Notes under the pieces: model-generated
Told to the model about the DNA's origin: nothing
What the model saw: only the letters and a program-made list of their open reading frames with translations
The model's database searches: none
Program-made: the position numbers and the translations under genes
Shown here: positions 9,328 through 17,266 of the stretch, one piece after another
How positions within the stretch are numbered: position 1 is the stretch's first letter
How the letters are laid out: every line of letters starts with the position of its first letter
NCBI GenBank assembly: GCA_001898405.1
Contig: MKTW01000018.1
Span: 182,432-214,431 of the forward strand
Length of the DNA stretch: 32,000 nucleotides
From: Sphingobacteriales bacterium 44-61
GTDB taxonomy: Bacteria > Bacteroidota > Bacteroidia > Chitinophagales > Chitinophagaceae
Reading direction: 5' to 3'

Positions 9328-9801
9328 TCAGTCCTTTGCCTTGTTTTTGGGGTTCAACAACGTATCTAACTGTTTAAAGACCTTTAACATTTCTGCTCTT
9401 GAAGAAGAATCTAGTTCCATGGGTATTATATTATTTTCTATTCCTTTTTTATTATGTACTATCACAGTATCATTATTCGCGTATGTATCTTTCGAACTAG
9501 AAAATGTTACATCAATATTGCTTTTTCTTTGTAATACATTACCCAGCATAACCTTGAAGTCGGACTCTTTAGGTAGTTTGTATTTATCTTTTATAGTCAA
9601 TTTAACTACGATCCATTTATCACTCAGACTTAACTCTTCTACCTTCCCAATAATCACCCCTCTGGATATCACAGAAGAACCCGCATAAAGCCCGTCTGCA
9701 TTATCTAAAAGCAAATACAGATTATTATGTCTTCCGGCGCATCCACAAAAAATGAAAAGGATAATTAAAAAAAGCCTTACTGGATATATATTTTTATACA
9801 T
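9328..9801 (-). CDS. MlaD/MCE-domain-like lipoprotein (orphan; no MlaE/MlaF partners nearby)
   Basis: 157 aa. Lipoprotein-type signal (LIILFIFCGCAGR). The following segment DGLYAGSSVISRGVIIGKVEELSLSDKWIVVKLTIKDKYKLPKES fits the MCE/MlaD beta-barrel pattern (GL..G..V...GV.VG.V..I). The gene is very AT-rich. Confidence 0.55.
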   Translation of the reverse strand: MYKNIYPVRLFLIILFIFCGCAGRHNNLYLLLDNADGLYAGSSVISRGVIIGKVEELSLSDKWIVVKLTIKDKYKLPKESDFKVMLGNVLQRKSNIDVTFSSSKDTYANNDTVIVHNKKGIENNIIPMELDSSSRAEMLKVFKQLDTLLNPKNKAKD

Positions 9802-10108
9802 TGATTACTATTTCTTCTCGGATTGATTTATATACTGGAATATAATAACAGAATTTGGGCCTTGATAATACCGCCGTAGCTGTTGCAGAGTCCTTGCGTG
9901 CCAGTTTCCGCTTTAATTTACTTTCCTGCTTTAAAAATTGGGTGATGATTTTTTCTGATTGCTTATCCAGCTTTTGCTTTAACTGACCGGCTTTCTTATT
10001 TACTGCGTCAAAATACTTGCCATCAACGGAGAAGGAAGAGTACCTAATTGACCGTACAATTCCGTATAAATCAATAGAATTGCCGTTAGCAATATGCAGT
10101 GGTGCTGG
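9794..10108 (-). pseudogene. 104-codon open frame with no ATG/GTG/TTG start, ending in an ATGTATAA overlap with the MlaD-like start; likely a 5'-truncated or decayed gene
   Basis: Hand translation of the reverse complement: PAPLHIANGNSIDLYGIVRSIRYSSFSVDGKYFDAVNKKAGQLKQKLDKQSEKIITQFLKQESKLKRKLARKDSATATAVLSRPKFCYYIPVYKSIREEIVINV*. Bounded upstream by TGA (10109-10111). The stop (9794-9796) overlaps the ATG at 9799-9801. Confidence 0.3.
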
Positions 10109-10238
10109 TCATGGAGGGGTTTCAGTTGGTATTGGGATGTAGCCTCTTCACTTTTTTCACACGGTTCAATGGCAGCAGGTGGACGTCCTCTTTTTGAAGT
10201 ACTTATATCCGATCAACAAAGTTGTATAAGCAATACAA

Positions 10239-10258
10239 GATAAGATAAGATAAGATAA
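10239..10258. repeat. Pentanucleotide microsatellite (GATAA)x4
   Basis: Read directly: caaGATAAGATAAGATAAGATAAgc. Intergenic. Confidence 0.9.
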
Positions 10259-10380
10259 GCGTTTTTTCACCCCTTTTATAGAGAGTGATAACACGGTAAA
10301 GAATAATCTATAAAACATTTGATGGAGTGTAGCCGCAGGGATAACTATTCAAGGGAAAACAAGTAATCATCATCCAGAAG

Positions 10381-10407
10381 GTCGCCTTGGCGACTTTCTT
10401 TGTTTTT
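10381..10407 (+). terminator. Intrinsic-terminator-like hairpin plus T-tract with no annotated upstream gene
   Basis: GTCGC-CTTG-GCGAC stem-loop (10381-10394) followed by TTTCTTTGTTTTT (10395-10407) on the plus strand. The reverse strand has no T-tract. Confidence 0.35.
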
Positions 10408-10431
10408 GATAGTAAAGAAAATAAAATTTGC

Positions 10432-10474
10432 GCAACCGTTCGGCTTCACATATATTTGCAACCGAACGGCTTCA
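10432..10474. promoter_or_regulatory. Candidate ArsR-family operator: two 17-mers differing only in the central dinucleotide
   Basis: GCAACCGTTCGGCTTCA (10432-10448) and GCAACCGAACGGCTTCA (10458-10474). The cores CCGTTCGG and CCGAACGG are reverse complements, so the pair is both a direct and an inverted repeat. It ends 12 nt upstream of the ArsR ATG (10487). Confidence 0.5.
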
Positions 10475-10486
10475 TAATTATAACTC

Positions 10487-10807
10487 ATGAGACGCGACAT
10501 TTTTCAAGCAATTGCAGACCCCACCCGACGAGCTATCCTTGTCCTCGTCGCCGTGCAGGCAATGACTCCCAATGCCATTGCGGAACATTTTGACATCAGA
10601 AGGCAATCCATATCCAAACACCTGCGCATCCTGTCCGAATGCGACCTCCTGGTTCCAAGACAGGAAGGCAGGGAGATCTTCTATGAACTGAAAATCGATA
10701 AAATGAAAGAGATCGATACCTGGCTCGACCAGTTCCGGAAGATCATGGAAGAAAGTTTCAAACAACTCGACGATGTATTATACACCTTAAAAAATAAGAA
10801 AAAATGA
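10487..10807 (+). CDS. ArsR/SmtB family transcriptional regulator (winged HTH)
   Basis: 106 aa. [18 protein letters not shown]...[43 protein letters not shown] is the canonical ArsR HTH_20 pattern. ATGA overlap with the next gene. Confidence 0.9.
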   Translation: MRRDIFQAIADPTRRAILVLVAVQAMTPNAIAEHFDIRRQSISKHLRILSECDLLVPRQEGREIFYELKIDKMKEIDTWLDQFRKIMEESFKQLDDVLYTLKNKKK

Positions 10808-11301
10808 ACTTGCTATTTGATTTTACCGTAGACAAAGCAGCGCAAAAAGTATTCATCACAAGAGAATTCGATGCTGACCTGTCGCTTGTATGGGATGCTT
10901 TTACCAAAGCAGAGATCCTTGACCAATGGGTAGCCCCCAAACCCTGGAAGTCAAAAACGAAATTTATGGACTTCAAGGTTGGGGGACGAAGATTTTATGC
11001 CATGGTAAGCCCCGAAGGATTGGAGCGTTGGGCAATTCAGCAATACACTTCAATTAGCCCAAAAACCAATTTCAAAATGTTTAATGCTTTTGCTGACAAA
11101 GATGAAAACCCTGAATTACCAGGTTCTGATTGGGATTACACTTTTAGCGAACAGAACGGAAAGACAACAGTGCGTATTACTATTTATAATGAATCCCTTG
11201 CCCGTATGGAGAAAATGATTGAAATGGGCTTTAAAGAAGGATTTACTATGAGCATGACCAACCTGGAAAACCTATTGACGACTTTGTCGAAACAGTCCTG
11301 A
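10804..11301 (+). CDS. SRPBCC-superfamily protein (AHSA1 / activator of Hsp90 ATPase homolog-like domain)
   Basis: 165 aa. [31 protein letters not shown]...GGRRFYAM... matches the AHSA1-type SRPBCC pattern. This family is commonly paired with ArsR regulators. Confidence 0.85.
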   Translation: MNLLFDFTVDKAAQKVFITREFDADLSLVWDAFTKAEILDQWVAPKPWKSKTKFMDFKVGGRRFYAMVSPEGLERWAIQQYTSISPKTNFKMFNAFADKDENPELPGSDWDYTFSEQNGKTTVRITIYNESLARMEKMIEMGFKEGFTMSMTNLENLLTTLSKQS

Positions 11302-11497
11302 TCGCGATAGCTGACATGATGATAAGGCAAAGTAAGCCCTACCATATCTCGTTGAGAAACAACGTTACTTGTTTTCAATTGAATGACTTATTAATTCCAT
11401 ATACACTTATGGGCTTACGTAATTACTAAACGCTGGCTGGTAATTGCAGGCTGTTATAACAGATTGGTGTAACTTGGTTAACCAATTGCGTAAGTTA

Positions 11498-12754
11498 ATG
11501 CATTACCACAAAAGCTTATTGCAACTGATTTTTATTTGCATGGCAACAGTTGCCAGTGCACAGGTAGATCAACAACGCGCCACGGAATATTTCAAAGAAG
11601 CTCAGGCTCTTTGCGAGCGGGATAATGGCCGTTTATGGGGGATTTCCATCTGTGGGCCAATGGTCATCTTAGACATGCAAACAAAGACGATTGCTACCAG
11701 CAAAACTGCGCCAGATGAAACCAGGCCCCGGCTTCTTGGTCTTGTGAATGCACCTATTCAATGGGGCGGGGAAACATGGGGAGCTTACATCTGGAACGAT
11801 GTAGCCGCCAAATCTCCACGTGACCGAAAAGAACTTTTTCTTCACGAATTATTTCATGGCATTCAACCTCAGCTCAAATTAGGTGCAGCGGCGGGTACAC
11901 CCGAACATCTTGATTTGAAGGAAGGCAGATATTGGTTGAGACTCGAGTGGAAAGCATTGGAGAAGGCACTTCGCAGTTCCGGCAGGCAGCGAAAGCAAGC
12001 TATTTCAGATGCTCTTGCATTCCGGAAAGCCCGGCGACTTCTTTTTCCTGCCAGTGTCGAAGACGAACGAGGACAGGAAATTACCGAAGGACTTGCTGCC
12101 TATACTGCTACAGTGCTTGTAGCGGATTCAGATAGTGATGCTATCGGTAGTGCTCTTGATTTGCTTGTCCATACTGAAAGGATTGCTAAGGATGCCAGCT
12201 TCGTTCGCACATTTGCTTATTTTTCTGGTCCCGCATATGGACTTCTGCTCGATGCAAGTTCTCCCGATTGGAGAAAGCGAATAAAAAATACAGATGATCT
12301 TGCTGTACTCCTGATGCAAGCGTTAAATATTAAACCGGGCCGTAAGGCCAGCATAGCTGCTGCCAGGTATGATGGTGCAGAAATTCTTTTGTCTGAACAG
12401 AAGAGAGAGGAAGATCGCCAGGCTCGCCTCAATGAGTTGCGTAAGACTTTTGTTGAAGGCCCGACGCTTTCGTTTCCTGGCGGCAACCATAGTTATGATA
12501 CCCGGGGAGCTGTTTCGCTCCAGGGAATCGGAACGATATATTTCGGTCCTTTTCGTGCCTCAGGTGCATGGGGAAAGCTGGAAGCGGAGAAGGGTGTGCT
12601 CGTGTCGAGTGATGGCAGTTTTCGTCGTGTTGCAGCACCAATTAAATCCGATGAAACTACTTTTTCGGGAGACGGTTGGAAATTATATTTATCACCTGGG
12701 TGGATTGTGAAAGAAGGTGAAAGAAAGGGAAGCTTTGAGGTAGTGAAGGAGTAA
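11498..12754 (+). CDS. Secreted hypothetical protein with an HExxH zinc-metallopeptidase-like motif
   Basis: The ORF track starts at a TTG at 11444. ATG at 11498 gives MHYHKSLLQLIFICMATVASAQ, a clean signal peptide. LFLHELFHGIQ carries HExxH, and a downstream acidic ligand candidate lies in EITEGLAAYT. I do not recognise the family. Confidence 0.75.
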   Translation: MHYHKSLLQLIFICMATVASAQVDQQRATEYFKEAQALCERDNGRLWGISICGPMVILDMQTKTIATSKTAPDETRPRLLGLVNAPIQWGGETWGAYIWNDVAAKSPRDRKELFLHELFHGIQPQLKLGAAAGTPEHLDLKEGRYWLRLEWKALEKALRSSGRQRKQAISDALAFRKARRLLFPASVEDERGQEITEGLAAYTATVLVADSDSDAIGSALDLLVHTERIAKDASFVRTFAYFSGPAYGLLLDASSPDWRKRIKNTDDLAVLLMQALNIKPGRKASIAAARYDGAEILLSEQKREEDRQARLNELRKTFVEGPTLSFPGGNHSYDTRGAVSLQGIGTIYFGPFRASGAWGKLEAEKGVLVSSDGSFRRVAAPIKSDETTFSGDGWKLYLSPGWIVKEGERKGSFEVVKE

Positions 12755-12812
12755 AATGTATTTAGCACAGCATAACAAAAAATGTTAGTCCGGCAATTCG
12801 CTGAAAGCGATT

Positions 12813-12835
12813 AACTCTTCCCAGTTAGAAGAGTT
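12813..12835 (+). terminator. Possible transcript-end hairpin downstream of the HExxH gene (no T-tract)
   Basis: AACTCTTC (12813-12820), loop CCAGTTA, GAAGAGTT (12828-12835): an 8-bp perfect stem 59 nt after the stop. It is followed by CATAAAAT rather than a U-run. Confidence 0.3.
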
Positions 12836-13009
12836 CATAAAATATGCCATGACCCAATTCATCTAGCTGCAGAAATCTGAAGCAGTTAAGAACTTCTTTC
12901 CCAATAATATAAGCCAAATCCAAAAAAATATTTTTCTGAGTGCAATTTAATTTATTTACTTTGTAATTCAAAGTACTTTTTATTTATTCAAATGATAAAA
13001 ACCTGACCT

Positions 13010-14329
13010 ATGAAGATTAAACTATTATTAGGGATCATACTATCATTAGCCATCTTTAGCAGTGCTTCTGCACAGCCATTAGATAAAGCAAAACTTGACC
13101 AACTTTTTGACCGCCTCCTCGAAAAAAACAAAGGCATGGGAAGTATCACCATCGCTAAAGACGGAAAAGTCCTTTATACCCGCTCTTTCGGCTATGGCCA
13201 GATCACAGAAACAATAAAGGCCCCGCTCACCGACCAAACCAAATACCGGATCTCATCGATCACAAAAATGTATACTGCCGTCATGATCTTTCAATTGATA
13301 GAAGAAGATAAACTGAAACTCAGTGACAGGCTTGACAAGTTCTTCCCGCAAATCCCCAATGCTACAAAGATCACTATCGATCAAATACTGTCGCATCGCA
13401 GCGGAATACCTAACGTCGTCCCCGACGGCTCAGGAATGCAGCCAAGGACAGAAGAGGAAAGAATTGCTGAAATCGCCAGATTGCAACCTGATTTTGAACC
13501 GGGCTCCAGGCATCTTTACAGCAACTCCGGTTATGTGCTGCTGGGTTATATTGTAGAAAAAGCAGGTGGTCAATCTTACCAGCAAGCATTGAAAGACCGC
13601 ATCGTTTCTAAGCTCGGTCTTCAAAACACCTACATGGGAACCGGAAACACAAACGTAGCCAGGAATGAAAGCCTTTCCTACAGGTATGTAGGTGGATGGA
13701 GAGAAGCGAGGGAACCGGATTTCAGCATCGTTGCCGGTGCAGGCGCAATCGTTTCGACTCCCACAGATATGGTAAAATTTATCCAGGGCTTGTTCGACCT
13801 AAAACTGATCTCACAAAACAGCCTTGATCAGATGAAAACAATGATCGATGGCGAGGGTATGGGAATGGAACCATTCACCTTCGCCGGGAAAAATTTATAC
13901 GGCCATACTGGTGGAAGCTCAACCTCAGGAGCATGGCTCGCTTATTATCCGGAAGAAAAACTGGCAATGGCCTACACTACAAATGCGAAGATTTACCCGG
14001 TAAAAGATATAGTCAACGGCGTTTTTGATATTTACTGGAACAGGCCGTTTGAGATCCCTTCTTTCGATGTGCTTAAGATAAACCCGGAAATTCTCGATCA
14101 ATACACAGGTGTCTATACTGCGTCCGGTGCACCGGTAAAATGGATAGTTACAAGAAAGGACTCAACGCTTTTCATTCAGCAGGAAAGTGGCTCTGCTATA
14201 CCAGTCGAACCTATTGATGAAAATAAATTCACGATCACTACCGGAGTAATGTTGGAATTCGATACTGCCAAAAAGCAAATGACCATCAAACGTCCGCAGG
14301 GTGAACGGGTATTCACGAAGGAAAATTAA
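13010..14329 (+). CDS. Serine hydrolase of the class C beta-lactamase / DD-peptidase fold (secreted)
   Basis: 439 aa with a signal peptide (AIFSSASAQP). SxxK motif in YRISSITKMYTA, YxN in LYSNSGYVLLG, and HTG (KTG-equivalent) in LYGHTGGSS. Confidence 0.9.
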   Translation: MKIKLLLGIILSLAIFSSASAQPLDKAKLDQLFDRLLEKNKGMGSITIAKDGKVLYTRSFGYGQITETIKAPLTDQTKYRISSITKMYTAVMIFQLIEEDKLKLSDRLDKFFPQIPNATKITIDQILSHRSGIPNVVPDGSGMQPRTEEERIAEIARLQPDFEPGSRHLYSNSGYVLLGYIVEKAGGQSYQQALKDRIVSKLGLQNTYMGTGNTNVARNESLSYRYVGGWREAREPDFSIVAGAGAIVSTPTDMVKFIQGLFDLKLISQNSLDQMKTMIDGEGMGMEPFTFAGKNLYGHTGGSSTSGAWLAYYPEEKLAMAYTTNAKIYPVKDIVNGVFDIYWNRPFEIPSFDVLKINPEILDQYTGVYTASGAPVKWIVTRKDSTLFIQQESGSAIPVEPIDENKFTITTGVMLEFDTAKKQMTIKRPQGERVFTKEN

Positions 14330-14448
14330 ATATAACCTGGGAGTAGATAATACTTCAGATTAATGGTTTTGTGACTATTTCTCAGATAAAATCCAGGTCT
14401 CGAAGTCTTTATTACAGTAAGCATTTTAAAACATCCCACAACAAAATT

Positions 14449-15957
14449 TCAAAATCCCGCATTCCTAACCCTGATCAATTTCCCATTAACCTCATCAGAA
14501 AGTATATACAACTTACCTGCAGGACTCTGAACCACTTTCCGGATCCTTACCCTGTCATCCGCAAAAAGCTCCTCCGCACTTTTTATAGTTTCACCCTCTA
14601 TCACCATACGCCATAAACTACCCCTCGATAACCCGCCCACAAGGAGATTATGATTCCAGGCCGCAAATTCATTACCCGAATAAAAATGCAAACCTGTAGG
14701 AGCTACTGTTTGTAGCCAGGCCCATACAGGATCAGTATAATTATTCTCTGGAATCGGCAAAGGAGCATATTCTGCATAGCGGTATTTCCCTGTCGTCTTT
14801 ATTGGCCAGCCATAATTCGCTTTTGCCTTCAGCACATTGATCTCATCTCCCTGGTGTGTGCCATGTTCACTGAACCATATTTTCCCGGTGGATGTATCAA
14901 GTGTGATACCCTGCGCTGCCCTGATGCCGGTTGCGTACAGGCCCGGAGTCGCCTTTGATCCAAAATCCGGGTTATCATCCGGGATGGTCCCGTCAGGATT
15001 GATACGGTAGACCTTTCCTCTCCTGTCATGAATATCCTGAGCTATCGGAACAATAGGTTGATCTTTTTCTGTGAACAACCGCTCACCGATTGTAAAATAT
15101 AATTTCCCGTCTTTTCCAAACACCATCCCACCGCCATAGTGAAAACGTTCATGTGTATAGGGTTCTGCCACAAAAAGAGTTTTGATCTGCCGCAAAGAAT
15201 TTTTTTCCAATACGGCCCTGATGATCCTGGTGGTTCGCACAGCACCTTTTTCGGCAGCGTATGACAGGTAGATATATTTATTATTACTAAAATCAGGATC
15301 CAGCAATATTTCGAATTTGCCGGTATTATCGCCAAATCCGGTGAGGCTGTCTGCCATATCAGTGGGAAAGCCTTCGATCCTGACCTTTTCCTTCTTCTGT
15401 AAATTTACTTTTACCAGGTCACCTTCTTTCTCTGAGATCAGTGCTTCATCTTCCGTTATAAAAGCGATACTCCAGGGGCGCTTCAATCCTTCCAGGATCG
15501 TTTCTTTTTCCAGCCGTATAGCATTTACATCGAAGGTCCTGTGGGATGTCCGGGTAGATACCTTATCGGCGATCACCCAGCCTTCGTTGGTCTTCATAAG
15601 ATTGAAATAGTCTGTAAAAAGATCCCGTTCCGTGCTGATCTCCACCTTCGCACTCCCCATGCCATTGGTAATATCAAGCGATACGATACGCGCGCTGAGA
15701 TTTTTAGGCCTGGGATGTGGTTTGAAAAAACTCAGATACTCACTTCTGGAATATTGAATGAATTTCCCGTCCCGGTAGTTTTTTAAATGACAGGATGGAT
15801 GCATGGTTTTACCCAGTTTAACGGTATCACCAGTTGCCCAGCCATCAAAATATAGCTGGATCACATTTTCTATCATTTGTCTTTCAGTGGCCGCATTCTG
15901 GGAATAGGCAGGAATAAGAGCAACAGATAAAGCAGTTAGCAGAAGCAATTTTTTCAT
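14449..15957 (-). CDS. Fusion of an NTF2-like (lumazine-binding-like) N-terminal domain with a PQQ-dependent sugar (glucose/sorbosone) dehydrogenase beta-propeller
   Basis: 502 aa with a signal peptide (SVALIPAYSQ). Residues ~25-135 (IENVIQLYFDGWATGDTVKLGKTMHPSCHL...NEGWVIADKV) look like an NTF2/SnoaL-type domain. The rest matches the GSDH family (PWSIAFITEDEALISEKEGDL, HYGGGMVFGKDGKLYFTIGE, GDEINVLKAKANYGWP). Confidence 0.85.
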   Translation of the reverse strand: MKKLLLLTALSVALIPAYSQNAATERQMIENVIQLYFDGWATGDTVKLGKTMHPSCHLKNYRDGKFIQYSRSEYLSFFKPHPRPKNLSARIVSLDITNGMGSAKVEISTERDLFTDYFNLMKTNEGWVIADKVSTRTSHRTFDVNAIRLEKETILEGLKRPWSIAFITEDEALISEKEGDLVKVNLQKKEKVRIEGFPTDMADSLTGFGDNTGKFEILLDPDFSNNKYIYLSYAAEKGAVRTTRIIRAVLEKNSLRQIKTLFVAEPYTHERFHYGGGMVFGKDGKLYFTIGERLFTEKDQPIVPIAQDIHDRRGKVYRINPDGTIPDDNPDFGSKATPGLYATGIRAAQGITLDTSTGKIWFSEHGTHQGDEINVLKAKANYGWPIKTTGKYRYAEYAPLPIPENNYTDPVWAWLQTVAPTGLHFYSGNEFAAWNHNLLVGGLSRGSLWRMVIEGETIKSAEELFADDRVRIRKVVQSPAGKLYILSDEVNGKLIRVRNAGF

Positions 15958-16065
15958 CTTGTAAAGTATTTTTGATTATCAGAAAGGAACAATCATTGTT
16001 CGATTCCGAAAGTATTTAATACTCTAAAAATGAAGGTATTATGATCTGAATCCCGTAGTACGGAT

Positions 16066-17121
16066 TTATAAATCCGGAGTAACTGACTGTTGGTAAGCAC
16101 TGGGTGTAGTGCCTTTGATCTTCTTAAAGGTTGCAAAAAAAGTAGACTTGGAATTGAAACCAACCTCTTGACCAACAGCCTCTATTGTCAGGTTTATACG
16201 TTGCGATAACATGTGACAGGCTTCATTTATCCTGTATTCATTGACAAAAAGTGTAAAATTCTTCTGGATATTATCATTGAGAACCTGCGATAACTGGTGA
16301 TCGGAAATGTTGATCTCCCGGGCAAGATCATTCACTTTCAGATTGGGATTTTTAAAGAGCTCCTTCTCAGCCATACTTTTTTTCAGCCGGCCAATGATCA
16401 ACTCCGCTTCTGCCTGACCAAGTTTTTTGTCAACATATCGCTGGGCAGAAGAAGAGAACAGGTCATTTGCTTTTTTACGATAGAGTAATACAAACACTAC
16501 TGAATAAATGATCAGGGAAAACCAGAGCGCACCGTTGATATAACTACCCTTCGTAATATTCAGGATAGCCCATACATAGCACACCAATAATATGGTCACA
16601 GCTCCACAAATAGCCAATATCCATCTTTCAAAAGGCTTTACAGCTTCCCCGCTGGCTATTTTTTTCAAGGTAGGGATCAATAACAATACAGATAAAGCAA
16701 CATACACACCCCATTGCAGGTAAATAAGTGGTATAATGTATTTTCTCCATAGCGAAGGAAAACGCTCATAGGGATAAATAATACCCACTAACAAAATAAC
16801 GAAAGCCCAAAGAATGAATTGCCAAAGCCATGGCTTTGGCAGCTTCCTGATCTGCCTTGTTTCAGCCCTGACATAGAAATACAAACAGGGACCGATAAAA
16901 AAGCAGGCAGTCAAACCAATCTGCAAGTATGTTTTGAGCAGCTGATAATTAAAAAAATAAGCAACCGATTTTCCGATCCTGATACTCAGGGCAAGCAGTA
17001 AAAAGCCCAGCAGGTAACTGGACAAGTGCTTTTTGGACGTAAAAAAGAAAAAGTAAATACTCAGTATGAGCCCATTGAATACACCCAGGCAACTAAAAAA
17101 GAAGAGGGCTTTACTACTCAT
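16066..17121 (-). CDS. Membrane-anchored AraC family transcriptional regulator (multi-TM N-terminal domain plus C-terminal HTH)
   Basis: 351 aa. About six or seven hydrophobic helices in the first ~215 aa. The C-terminus carries an AraC HTH (VNDLAREINISDHQLSQVLN...TIEAVGQEVGFNSKSTFFATFKKIKGTTPSAY). Confidence 0.85.
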   Translation of the reverse strand: MSSKALFFFSCLGVFNGLILSIYFFFFTSKKHLSSYLLGFLLLALSIRIGKSVAYFFNYQLLKTYLQIGLTACFFIGPCLYFYVRAETRQIRKLPKPWLWQFILWAFVILLVGIIYPYERFPSLWRKYIIPLIYLQWGVYVALSVLLLIPTLKKIASGEAVKPFERWILAICGAVTILLVCYVWAILNITKGSYINGALWFSLIIYSVVFVLLYRKKANDLFSSSAQRYVDKKLGQAEAELIIGRLKKSMAEKELFKNPNLKVNDLAREINISDHQLSQVLNDNIQKNFTLFVNEYRINEACHMLSQRINLTIEAVGQEVGFNSKSTFFATFKKIKGTTPSAYQQSVTPDL

Positions 17122-17205
17122 GATAAGGTTTCATTTTACCTATCCGGTTTAAATAATTAGACACACAATTTAGCGAAATTGTATTGTCATTATTCGCTCC
17201 ATACA

Positions 17206-17234
17206 ACAAAAACCCCGACACTCTTGTGTCGGGG
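17206..17234 (-). terminator. Rho-independent terminator closing the susC-to-ALDH gene string
   Basis: The minus strand reads CCCCGACAC-AAGA-GTGTCGGGG followed by TTTTTGTTGT. This is a 9-bp GC-rich stem (17213-17221 / 17226-17234), about 30 nt after the ALDH stop. Confidence 0.8.
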
Positions 17235-17266
17235 CGCTGATATTTCCCATACCGCAATAATCCCGC

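Noticed and set aside
10239-10258. (GATAA)4 microsatellite as a possible phase-variation switch
   Set aside because: It has only four units, is not within a coding frame, and is not at a plausible promoter spacer of any called gene.
11444-11497. TTG-initiated 18-codon extension of the HExxH protein
   Set aside because: The ATG at 11498 is immediately followed by a canonical signal peptide. The extension would bury that signal peptide.
12128-12768. Cluster of overlapping ORFs of 63-113 aa on both strands
   Set aside because: All lie within the 11498-12754 gene. They are explained by locally higher GC, which reduces the frequency of stop codons. None has a recognisable motif.
16061-16076. Perfect 16-bp palindrome CGGATTTATAAATCCG overlapping the stop codon of the membrane AraC gene
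   Set aside because: It is AT-rich at the centre and of a size expected roughly once by chance in a window this long (order 0.5 occurrences). It cannot form a stable hairpin with a viable loop. I note it but do not consider it supported as a site.
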